IMG/VR virus record: IMGVR_UViG_3300042282_000085
Length of the DNA stretch: 64,000 bases
Source of the DNA: a virus
Taxonomy: Duplodnaviria > Caudoviricetes
Reading direction: 5' to 3' (one strand)
Within the stretch, counting starts at the first letter, position 1, and each line of letters opens with the position of its first letter. Below, one piece after another: positions 29,884 through 40,800 of this stretch. A model generated the notes under the pieces. That model had not been told where the DNA came from. It did not search any database and saw only the letters and a program-made list of their open reading frames with translations. The position numbers were made by a program, and so were the translations under genes.

Positions 29884-31496
29884 CCTTCTGTCCACTACAG
29901 TCGCGACTCTGTAGCCGGTGTGCTCAGACACCCGCCCTGGGCTTTCCCCAGGGAGCAGACTATATCTTCGCCCTTACTCTTAAGGACGGACGCCGTTTGG
30001 AGCCACCACTGACTTGTGGCCCTACACCGAAGCAACTCGGTTAGTCGTTGAACTCATCCCTTAGCCATAGCCTTAGGGACTTCGCTGCGTCGGTTACCCC
30101 ACACGTTAACCTTTTTACCGTATCGAAGTGGTTAGCTTCGCCCCCATGGGGTGTAATATACACCGGTCACTGTTTCCAGCATGGGTTGGTAGTTAACGCT
30201 CAAAGGGCTTTCCCGCAATTAGACGTCGTACCCAGTACCTTCTGTTACTGGGGCGCACTAAAGTTCTTTAAAGTAATATCCGTAATATTCCACATTTGGA
30301 TGCTTAAGCCCACGACGTACATCATTGTAACTGATGCCTAGCTCCCTAACACAGTCACCCATACACGCAAAGTATCTCTGCTTCCCAGTATCCACGGCAG
30401 TCACCAGAAATGGTCGACCTCGCATCCGCTTAGCCCAATCTACGAAGGGGTCGTCTACAGTGCGCCATGGGTTAGGGTCAGACTTTCGTTTAACCAGAGC
30501 GTAGCGGTCACCAAGTTTAAAAACTGGCTGCTTGTCACCTTTGGATAAGTGTGTTGTCATCGTACCAGAAGTCACCTCTAACGCCTCAGCGGCGGCATTC
30601 TGACTCGAGTACTCCACTACTTCACCCGTGCATAGCCATTTTACTAGCACTTCATTGCCATGGTATACCGGATGTTCGCCTCTACTCACTGCAAGCTTAA
30701 CCTCACCGACTTTAGCTTTCCGCCAACTCTCCCTCTCATAAATGCCGAGGTGTGCAGAGACGTCTACCCATCCAACAAATTCACGCTCTCGCCTGAACTG
30801 AAGGCCATCTTTAAATAAAAGCTCTAGTGGCGCAGCTAAGCGTTGCTGGATGGTGAAAACAGAAAGACCTGTTGCAGCGGCAGCGTCAACGACTTTATTG
30901 AACCGCCCCTCTTCACCTGTTCTTAGGTTTCTCCAGAGTACAGCCGTTGTAGGCTTCTTACCTAAGTCGGCAACCTCAACAAGGGTACCGTTGTGGTTCC
31001 AAGGGTTCGTTTTTCTGACACCTCTAGCCATTGTACTGGGGTGAATGCCAATCGCTTTGGACGCTGAGACTCTAGTGGGGTATATCTTTACAGTGCCGTC
31101 GGGGAACGTTACCTTTGTTTCCTGGCCATGGGGAGTTAAACCGGTGTCAATGGCATGTTGTCGGTTCTCAGATCCACTACACCATTCTAAATTTGTGTAG
31201 TGGTTATTTGACTTCACGCCATCAATGTGGTTAACTTGTGTCTTGGTAGTAGGATCAGGATTGTCCACAAATGCCAGCGCGACTAATTTGTGAACTTTAA
31301 TCCCCGAAACTGACTCGTATCCACGTGACGTTACTGGGGTTCTAAACTTTCCCCTAGCCACGTCGTAGACCCTGCCATCCGGATAAATGCGGAAATTTGG
31401 ATATTCTTTTAAGACTTTAAATTCGGTTTCCATTGTCCATGACTCATGTTGTTAATACATACCATACACAGTCATAGTGACAATTTAACCTATCGT
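29884..31496 (-). mobile_element. Group I intron (1613 nt) in vRNAP beta, HNH gene in L1
   Basis: P AATTGCGGGAAAG, Q CCGACGCAGCG, R GTTCAACGACTA, S AAGATATAGTC; P7.1/P7.2 and P9 hairpins; IGS GUGCGC (30258-30253) pairs exon GCGCGU with U.G; terminal G. Confidence 0.92.
30258..31433 (-). CDS. Intron-encoded HNH homing endonuclease with NUMOD1-like repeats
   Basis: HKLVALAF...VNHIDGVKSNNHYTNLEW; four F/Y-x-S-x-x-x-A-A-type repeats. Confidence 0.9.
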   Translation of the reverse strand: METEFKVLKEYPNFRIYPDGRVYDVARGKFRTPVTSRGYESVSGIKVHKLVALAFVDNPDPTTKTQVNHIDGVKSNNHYTNLEWCSGSENRQHAIDTGLTPHGQETKVTFPDGTVKIYPTRVSASKAIGIHPSTMARGVRKTNPWNHNGTLVEVADLGKKPTTAVLWRNLRTGEEGRFNKVVDAAAATGLSVFTIQQRLAAPLELLFKDGLQFRREREFVGWVDVSAHLGIYERESWRKAKVGEVKLAVSRGEHPVYHGNEVLVKWLCTGEVVEYSSQNAAAEALEVTSGTMTTHLSKGDKQPVFKLGDRYALVKRKSDPNPWRTVDDPFVDWAKRMRGRPFLVTAVDTGKQRYFACMGDCVRELGISYNDVRRGLKHPNVEYYGYYFKEL

Positions 31497-34381
31497 ACGC
31501 GCTTTGGGTCCATTAGGTCCGAACCTGGACCTAGTAAACCAGTTGTAGAGATCAGACTACTGGTACCATCTTTATCAAAATCAAAGCGATCGGTTGTTCC
31601 CCTTAGTGAGTTAACCTTCGCATTGGGGGTCATGTAGGTACGGATTGCAACCTTCGCACTGTCTGGTGTTGTTTCAGAGATAGTTCCCATGTCGTTCGGA
31701 TGGAAGATACGGGTACGCTTCACCATGGTCTTTGCAGATCGACCACCCTGGCCAGTGTAGGTGACACTCTCCTTTTCCTTTAGGTTATGGATCGGGTTAG
31801 ACTCTTCAACCAACATGGTTGCTGGGTCTTTGAGAATATCGTCCCACACGGCATTCGGACGTAAGGAGACCTGTGCGCTGCCAGGGTGACCGGCAGCGCG
31901 CTGTTCCCGTACCGCTTGTACGAGTTGGTTATATACAAAACCTGAGAAACGCTCATACCCACGAATGCGCATTTGAGAACTGTCCATTTCCTCGGTATGT
32001 TCATCGGTGGTTAGCAGCTCAGCGGCCCGTAGAATAAGGGGGATGAATTCGGTTGGCTCCCCCATCTCAGTAAGCAACTCTAAGGTAATGGGGTCAATGA
32101 ACATATCCAACATGAGGTCAAGCTCACGTAGAATGTGACGACCAATCCCCATAGACGCTAGGACCTCGCCGTAGACACCCTTGCGGTTAAAGTCCGACGC
32201 AGGTAGGGTACTGGTGATCCCTTTTACCGCCCGTAGACCACTGAGTACCATGGCACCCTGAGCATGACGGGTATCGATAATCAGCGACTCATCTTGGAAT
32301 CGAATACGTTCTTCGTAGGGCTCCATCGCAGGACGGGTAGTTTTATCAATCCAACGATGGGGGATCTTCAGTGCAGCGATTACCTTATCCAGCCCCATGA
32401 GGTAGCCTAAGGCCAAAGCAACAGGTACCGCTTTACCGTAGACATTAATATCCGCAAACTCGATAGGTCCGTCTCCCCATGCAGGATTAACGACAGCGAC
32501 AAGCGAGCCTATAGACTCTATAGCGGTATCGGTAACGAGATGGAGAATTCCATCCATGGACATGGCGAGCATGGCCTTTCTACGGTTTGTAGGTTGACCA
32601 CAGGGGGTTAGGTTAGCCTGTACCGCTTTAACCGTAAGGGTCTCCCCATAGACCTCAACCCAATCACCCACCGTAAATCGAAAACGGTAGTCTCCACTGG
32701 TAAACTCGGCGACTTCGCGGGCGACGGCTGTAAAGGGGCGTGGAAGGCGTTCTTGTGGAAGGGGCTTAGTGGTATAAACGATGTCGGTTACGGTTGTGTC
32801 GTTTACATCCATGGCCGCTTTGGTAATCTTACTGAGCAGCCAGCGACTGTAGTTGTTAACCGCTTTGGGATTACGGGTTACGAAGATTTTACCGAAGTAC
32901 GAGGCCAGGGATACTTTATCTGGGGCGACCTTTCGAATGGGTAGGTCAAACTTCTGGTGGTCCAGTTTGTACTGTACACCCGCAACCGTATAAATACCCT
33001 CTTCATTTACAACTGGCAATTTAAAGGTAAGCTTAGATGGCTTACCGGCGATCGGTACTAAATCTACGGTATAGACCTTATAGTGGTTAAGGGCATCGCT
33101 GCGCTCCTCAATCGCATAGTCTTTAACCAGAACGCCGGCGTTCTGAATCGAGACCACGGCAGCTGCGACATCTGCCTCTAATAGCTCTTGGACATAGCGG
33201 CGATCAAAGTCCTTTAGCGTAGAACGCAACATGGACTTATCCAGGACAGCGGGGCGTTCAGGTAAGTTCTCTTTACGGGAATCTATTTTAACAGCTTCGG
33301 GTTTAGAGGTAATCAGGTTTTCCAATGTACCCTCACCCACTGGATTGGGCAATGACTTGTATCGAACAGCCAGTTCACTTAAACGACGCTGCTCAGCGGC
33401 ACTGAGCATGCCATTACTACCCAGCCCTTCAACCTGACGGTTAACGTGGTCTTCCCCGATAACCTCAACACTACCTGGATACAGTCCTGAGGTCACCTCT
33501 AGAATGGATTCAGCAGGCGACTCATCCGCTTCCAGTACCTCTTCTTCAGACAGTTCCCGCTCGGGTACACTCTCTGCGGTATCCGTAACCGTACGGGTTT
33601 CCAATATACGGGCTAATGAAGAAAGCAGGTATTTGCGAACTTCTTTAGGTGACTCCAATCCCCAAGTTAGAAAGTCATTGATGTGTAAGAAAGAGACCTT
33701 ACCCGATTCAATCCAGGCAACCATAACGTCATGGTTAAGGGCATGTAGTGGATGTTCAGGGTCCTCTACGGCCAACCAGAGTTCACGGATGAAGAGACGA
33801 CTCAGGTCCATCCATCTTTCGTGTCGGGAGATCGGAATAGGGTTCGGCAACTGATTGAGTTCGGACAGAGTAGGTACCATCTCAGGCAGCGCCAGGGGTA
33901 CAATGTGTACGGTTTCTTCAGTACCGACTGACAGCTGTGCATAGAGGGTCGAGAGTCGGTTGCTGAGCTTATCCATCTCAACCGTACGGCTGACGGGGTA
34001 AAGGTATTGACCCTCAACCAGTGAATAATCAAAGGCGACTGCGGCTTTCATGTAACTTAGACTGCGATCTAAATCCCGACTGCGTGTAATCGGCGCCTGT
34101 GCCTGTTTAAAATATTGCCGTTTACTGGCTTCCAGCGGCACTGCCTTCTTACGGGGATTACCCGCTGTGGCTACCAGGTCCTCTACGTGATGTACAAAGA
34201 CCCGTCCAGTACCTACAATCAATGGATGGGTAGATGGAATCCCCGTCTCAGGCCCATCGATAAAGTGTAGAACACTGTGATAGGGCAGTGCGATGGTATT
34301 TGTATCGGCGATGGTGGGCGACATGAGCTGGGTGACTGTACGGGCACATAGGCTCCGTTTAAACTCGATATACCGAACCAT
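31497..34381 (-). CDS. vRNAP beta subunit (gp178-like), exon 1
   Basis: RIRGYER, NPIHNLKEKE, GQGGRS, GTISETTPDSAKV; ends DPKRV. Confidence 0.9.
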
Positions 34382-34390
34382 AGTAACTCC

Positions 34391-34552
34391 TTACTTAAAT
34401 CCAGTGAAGCTACGCAATACGCGTTCAATGGTTTCTATGTTTGATCCGTTCGCTAAAGACCCAGAGGCATCGACGTAGTTCTCAACTGAGTTAAGCTTAG
34501 CGTCAATTTCAGCCACCGCATCCTCTGCAAACACAAAATGTGTGGAAACTCT
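34391..34552 (-). CDS. vRNAP beta' (gp180-like), exon 2 (53 aa; not in ORF track)
   Basis: RVSTHFVFAEDAVAEIDAKLNSVENYVDASGSLANGSNIETIERVLRSFTGFK*, in frame after GADYDGD (542 aa spliced). Confidence 0.85.
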   Translation of the reverse strand, partial: RVSTHFVFAEDAVAEIDAKLNSVENYVDASGSLANGSNIETIERVLRSFTGFK

Positions 34553-36252
34553 CGTTTCATTCAGTTTGGACGCTACGCCAAACCCGCACCCTTACGTGCC
34601 GCCCTAGGCTTTCCCTAGGATACTAGACCATATCTTCACCCTCCGTTGTCTAGAGGGGTCACCTATTTCGATTTAAGGGATATACCCGCCCGCTTGGGCC
34701 CTACTCCGCGCTACCGGATGGTCGTTGAACGTTCTTCCTAGCTTGCTTCACAGCAATCCGTAGAAGCTTCGCTGCTGATTGCCCATTCTTTATCGGGTTA
34801 GGCTTACGATCACCATACCGAATCCTGTCTATTTTCTCTAGCTTTCGCTCGCACTCACATTTGACCTTTCGGTCTATGTTGTTGCTAGACAGGCTTTAGG
34901 GGTTCCCAGCAATTAAGGTGAGATCAGACTGAGCGTTACCGCCCAGCTGGACAATAGTTATAGTTTATATGTTACAGTATAAGGACCAAATTCTACACGA
35001 CCCAACTCGTTTAGCTCTTTGGTTATCCTAGCCCTAGCCGTGGTATTTAGATAATTACACGCCGCGCGCATAGAGCCTTTAAATACAACCGACTCATCAT
35101 TACGATTTGAAACCACAACCTGTTTAACAGATGGGCATTTTTCGACATTTAGATCGGTTATTGGGACTAGGCTAAAAATAAAGCCATTTATAGGTTTTGG
35201 CTTGGATCTTCTGGTTGCCCGCATTATTGACTTTGTTGGTGCGGCGGTGTCCGCACTAGCGTCCGCGACTGTAGGCCACTTATACGGAACGTTTGACTCC
35301 AAATGCACGCCGTACACGGATCCGTCGCCTTGGTCAACCCCATCAATCCAAAATCTATAACCGTCATACACCTTACCCTTGCCCTGGTTTATCCGCCAAC
35401 GGACAGTCTCGCCACTGTATAGACCTAGGTACTCTGCACACCGGTGCATGCTAGGAAATCTCAATTGCTCTCCAGTGACTACGTTCTCTATGACTATCTG
35501 CTTAGCTTGCACCCTTAGACCTTTATCTGTAGCATGTCTACAGTTTTCTGACCTGGTACAGAATTCTAAGTTCGAAAGGTTGTCGTTACCGGGTACGCCG
35601 TCTATGTGGTTTACGTCTAACTTGTCCACGTTATCGGGGTAATTAAGAAAGGTATACGCTAGTGCTCGATGGCGTTTAACCCTAGTACTGCCACCGTCAC
35701 CTGCTAGGACGCAGCACCAATAGCCGCCAGTGGTATTTCGCCATTTATTAGCCAGCTGCATGTCCTGGACCCATTTAATGGGTCGTCCGGTAATACTGTT
35801 TAACAGGTCACCGTCCTTATTTATAACGTATCGGGTAACCATAGGTACGTGGTAAAATCCTGGAAACCTTTTAGACTCGATAGGTCCATCTTTAAACCTA
35901 TATCCTAGGTTACTCGGGTGTAGATTGCCGTTATCACCAATTGTGCTAAAGGGCACAATTGCAGGTATAACGTCATCTACTGGACGTTTAAAAGCCAGAA
36001 TAACGAGTTTTGCCACAAGTGTCTCTGATGTCCCGTAACCTAAATCAATATCGACAATAGAGTTACCCGAGCCATCTAGTCGTTTATCTAGCTTAGTCCC
36101 GTTCGCATCTAGAACCAAACCTTCTTTATTCACATATACACGGTTATTGTTGGGCCCGCGTACTTCTACAAAACCTTCTATGTCCTTATACTTGTAAAAC
36201 ATATTACACCATATTGTAGTTTACTTATACAATATGATGGTTATAACTTTTT
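34553..36252 (-). mobile_element. Group I intron (1700 nt) inserted directly after the catalytic DYDGD motif, HNH gene in L1
   Basis: P AATTGCTGGGAA, Q AATCAGCAG, R GTTCAACGACCA, S AAGATATGGTC; P7 GACCA/TGGTC versus GACTA/TAGTC in the other intron; terminal G. Confidence 0.92.
34958..36202 (-). CDS. Intron-encoded HNH homing endonuclease (degenerate plus intact HNH, NUMOD1-like repeats)
   Basis: HRALAYTF...VNHIDGVPGNDNLSNLEFCT; FPSMHRCAEYLG. Confidence 0.9.
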   Translation of the reverse strand: MFYKYKDIEGFVEVRGPNNNRVYVNKEGLVLDANGTKLDKRLDGSGNSIVDIDLGYGTSETLVAKLVILAFKRPVDDVIPAIVPFSTIGDNGNLHPSNLGYRFKDGPIESKRFPGFYHVPMVTRYVINKDGDLLNSITGRPIKWVQDMQLANKWRNTTGGYWCCVLAGDGGSTRVKRHRALAYTFLNYPDNVDKLDVNHIDGVPGNDNLSNLEFCTRSENCRHATDKGLRVQAKQIVIENVVTGEQLRFPSMHRCAEYLGLYSGETVRWRINQGKGKVYDGYRFWIDGVDQGDGSVYGVHLESNVPYKWPTVADASADTAAPTKSIMRATRRSKPKPINGFIFSLVPITDLNVEKCPSVKQVVVSNRNDESVVFKGSMRAACNYLNTTARARITKELNELGRVEFGPYTVTYKL

Positions 36253-37719
36253 ATCGCCATCGTAGTCAGCCCCAAGGCCGACTAACGCAAATGGACTTAC
36301 GATCGTAGTTGAGATAAACTCGCTTTTACCGACAGTGTTTGGAAACTCAGGGTACACCTGTCCTTCTGATTCCAACTCCCAACTTTCATTATAAGTGTGT
36401 AGAATGTGTGAGGTTACGGTAGAGCGCAAGTACACCGTAGAGGGATACGTAGAACCCTGACCTGTAACTGGGTATCGGGTAATGTAGCAGCGCACGCGAT
36501 GTACGTACTGCTGGGCCTCAATGTAGAAATACTCCGCCCAGGTTAGAGGACGTACTGTAGAGGCATCCTTATCCTCGGGTAACTCAGCGATTGAGTCCAA
36601 TAGCTTGAAGCCTTTCTCATCCTGATAGACGAGTTTAAGGTAATGGTCGCTTACCATAATGGGTCGATGACGGCGTTCGACCTCACTGAAGGCTTTAATT
36701 AGCTTAGCTCGACCGGCCTCTGTAGCCCAACTCACACGCTCCGACTCATCTAACTTCACCCGGTGAGAGGTAAGGGTTTTAGGGTCAATGAGGTAGGGCT
36801 CATAATCGGCCTCTGCAATCAGGTTCCGTGCAATGCCATTAGGCATTTGAAAGCCGGTCATAACCGGTTCGGTGCCTTTAATGAACTGATAGATTCCCAC
36901 CTGTGTCGTCGTCAGGTCAAAGCTACGCGGTCCGTCCAAATCTGAACCCGCTGGATCCATAGCCGAAATTACGTTGGCTGTAGCAAAGGCAACTCGACGA
37001 GATCCCCATTTAGACTGTAGGAAGCCCTGTTTACCACCTAACATCCCCATGATAATCGTCCAAATCTGCTGAACGGAGGATTGGATAGACCAGCGCGTCG
37101 CATTGAGCACGGGGTCGTTCTTAAAGGCGAGGGCTTCTGAAATTCCGTTGGTAGCGGCAATCACCTTACGGTAGAGTTTATTGATCTCCTGCTCAACCGG
37201 ACGATCTTGCTCATCAATGTCCAGATCCCGAAGGCCTGCAGGCATGACGATTAAAAAGTTAAGGACAGACCTGTCTCTGTACTTATTAATGAGGTCAATG
37301 ACGATATCACGACGATAGGACTTCGTGCGGGGAATCTCGATCTCTTTAAAGTGCTTCATGAAGAAGGCATAGCCAGTTTCACCTTCGAGTACGTCTGACC
37401 GTACGAAGTCTTTTAGCTCAGCGTCCCAGATCGCATAGGCACGGCCTTGCATAATGTCTTTATACAGGCTCTTTAACCGGGTGATGTCTTCAAAGACCTT
37501 AGGGTGGAGAACTTGAGTCCGTAAGTTAATATACCCATGGCGGGTCATACGGCTATCACTACCGACAGGGCCAAAGATTAGATCAGAGTAGAGTCCTGTA
37601 GGATGGAACTCTCGACCCTGCACAAACATCTCTAATGACTTAACGGGTAAGAGACCCGCAATGCGTTGGAGACGATTTTCTAGCAGGGCAATGTTGAAAG
37701 GTTTACTTCTATTGGACAT
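36253..37719 (-). CDS. vRNAP beta' subunit (gp180-like), exon 1
   Basis: GLYSDLIFG, MPAGLRD, GKQGF, TRYP, GADYDGD. Confidence 0.92.
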
Positions 37720-37832
37720 ACGGAGGTCCCTATGTGAGGTGAATCAAATCATTCCCTAAGTCAATAAACCACTATAGTGGACAGCGGTTGAATCATCTGA
37801 CAAGTGGTCAGTGACCTAAAAGGAGGTACTCT

Positions 37833-40800
37833 ATGGCCAAGTATGACGATGATGTTGATTTTGACATCGATGCCTTGGACGATCTCGATGTACCTGACAT
37901 CGACATAATGCCAGACGACAGTGCGGCAGCAGATAACCGCACGCCCGCCACGCGTGTGGCGGACGGGGCACTCAAATCAGTATTACGTACCAGTACAGCC
38001 CGTACCGCAGCCCGTGCAATTAAAGAGAATGCACTGCCGGAAGGCTATAGCATGGCCATTGATGCCGCGGATGACGCGCTGTCCTTAGGCCAGGATCTAT
38101 ATGATGCGGCAGCCAAAGAACTTGAGCCTGCGGTCAAAGCGGCTCAGAAAATGCTCCGTAAAAGCCAGGAAAAGGCGGATAAATATCTACCTAAATGGCT
38201 GGCGGATACGGTTAAGAAGCTGGGTGGTGAGGCCGAAGAGGCGAGGCAGTACGTAGACCCCAATGAGTCTGCGATAGCCGGTAGCCTGGGCTCTATCTTT
38301 GATAAGTACCGTGAAGCGACTGCCCAGACAGCCGCAACAGAGGCTAACCTGACACTGGAAGATAAGCAGCGTTCTGTTGACCGTAAAATTGCGATTGAGC
38401 AGGGCGACCGTCAGTACAATCAGCTTACCTCTATCAGTGAAGGTATCAGTAAACTGGTAGGGTATCAAGAATCGGTACTCTTTGACTACCAACGTAAGAG
38501 TCTGGAACTGCAGCACCGTCAGTATTTCGCAGCCCGTGACCTGTTAACGGTTACAAAAGCGATGGCGGATCAGAACTTACACGAACTCAAAGCGGTGGTT
38601 AAGAACACCGGTCTACCCGAGGCGGTTAAGTTACGGCTCTCCGAGCAATACGGTCAGGTTGCGACCAATCAGCTCATTGGTCGGGTGCAAGGCAGTGTGC
38701 ATGACTTTGTTGCGAACTACACCTCTGAGTTTCGAGAACGTGCCTTCAAGAAGATTACAGGCGCAGCCCGTGATCTTAAAGATGGTGTCCTCATGGGTGC
38801 CGACATGTACGAACAGATGTCGGAGATGGGTGAGACCATGGATGAGGCAGGTATTGACCGTGCCCGGATGGCTGGCGAGCAGTTAGGTGCCATGGGTACG
38901 TCCGCAGCCTTTAAATATGGTGCTAGGTTAGCGGGTGACCGTCTCGTTACACGCAATAAGTACCAGGAGCGTAGTCGTCTAATAAAACTACTGGATCCCG
39001 ATAACCGACTCTCTTCTCGTGCGGCTAAAGCACTAGAGGCCCGCATTCAGCAATATGAGGCTTCCGGTGAGCCTTTGGATCTACAGGCTTTGACGGATAA
39101 AGAGAGTTATGAGGATAAGCGGGTCGGTGAAGAGATTGCGGAAACGATCAGCACCAGTTCAGGTCTCTTCGGTGGACGCAAACGTAAAATCAATGCGCAG
39201 TTTAAACGCGTACTGAATGCCAGTGAAACGGTAGAGCGTGGTCGCTTCCTACGGGGCGCTGACACCATGCAGTACTTGATAGAGAATGCCCCTAAGGTGG
39301 CAAACGACTGGGCCCGTTCGGGGCGCAGTGTATTCGATAACGTGGAGGTAGAGAATGAAACCCTACAGCGATTACTGGAATCTGGCGGCGTACAAGCCGT
39401 GGAAGACTTCATACGAGAACTGGCGCCTACGTTCAAGGAGTCCTTCAGCGTTAATTCAAACCTGCATGCTGATGCAGCTAATGCCGTTGGCTTTGATCTG
39501 CTTACCCGTCGTTCAATCATTGAGATTATACCAGGCTATCTCTCCCGTATCCTCCAACAAGTAACAACAGTTGCCACAGGGGAATCAGCGGAGCGGATTA
39601 CCTACTCAACTGAACGGGAACAGTTTGTCAGTCAATCGACTCAGGATAACATTGTTGCCAGCCGACTATTTGATCAGCGCAATGTAGATAACCGGTTAAA
39701 TGATGCAGATGCTGTTACGAAGTTGTTAGGGGGTGAAAACCTTGACGATGACGTTAAGGCCGCGCTGAATAGAAGAATCCTCCAGTTAAGGGATGATGGT
39801 AGTACACTCTCACTGAACAATTTGCGTAAAACTTCAGTGGCCGGTGAGGATGAAGGACTAACCGCAGCATTGGAAACGTTCTTAGACTCGGAGGATATTA
39901 ACTTCGACTCTGAGAATAAGATCAAGCTCTCCAGACTTTATGACCGTATTACCGCGATGACACGGGACGTTAACCAAGGACTGGCGGATACAAACAAGGT
40001 TGCGGATAAGGAGACGCTGTACCGCTTGGGTATAGTAGATCCCAAAACCGGTAAGGTTAATGCGGAGAAGGTTAGAGCCTACATCGACGGAAGACTTAGA
40101 CCAGGGGAAGGGGGAGAGGGGCCTGCACCGTCAGCCGACCCCAGTCCATTACCTGCACCAGGTCCAGATACAGCGCCTATAGTGGGTGACACGCTCACGC
40201 ACGAGTATTTGGATCTTATCCTAGACGCTATTACTAGCGGTAATAGTGGCACGCTAACGGCGATAGAGGGCATTCAGTTTGATGCAGCCGACATCGGTAC
40301 CCACGAGCGGTTAGATACAATAGCCAGTACACTCTCAGAGGGCTTTGAGGGTACCTATGGTAGGTTAGACGCTATTACTAATAAGGCGGGCGAGACCGGT
40401 ACCTTTAGTAACACGGTTAACTACAACACCACTAGTACAGTGAATTGGGATGACTTCACGCCACAGCGTAAATTGTTGGTGGAAGAATTGTTCAGTCAGT
40501 TCACCACGCTGACCTCAACCTATGACGGTATACCTATCGCTGTAGATTTGCGCTCTGAGGCACCCCAGGGTACATTGGACGCCTCACCTACTCATGAGCG
40601 TTTAGACGCCATCTTAGACGCCATCAATGGCAATTTTGAAACCAACCATGTACTCTTACAGGCCGTTGCTGAAAATGCAGGTCGTGGGGGTGAGGGTGGC
40701 GACACTGTATCGGTGGAAGAGATGGGGTCTGGGTTACTGGGCAAACTGCGCTCTGGTGCAGGTAGCTTAGTAGGGATGCTGGGTAGCTACTACAGTTGGT

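Noticed and set aside
30153-30160. TATATTAC inside intron 1
   Set aside because: Lacks the CC prefix shared by the four intergenic copies and is explained as the GGTGTA-TAT-TACACC hairpin in the P5 extension; cryptic promoter activity is not excluded.
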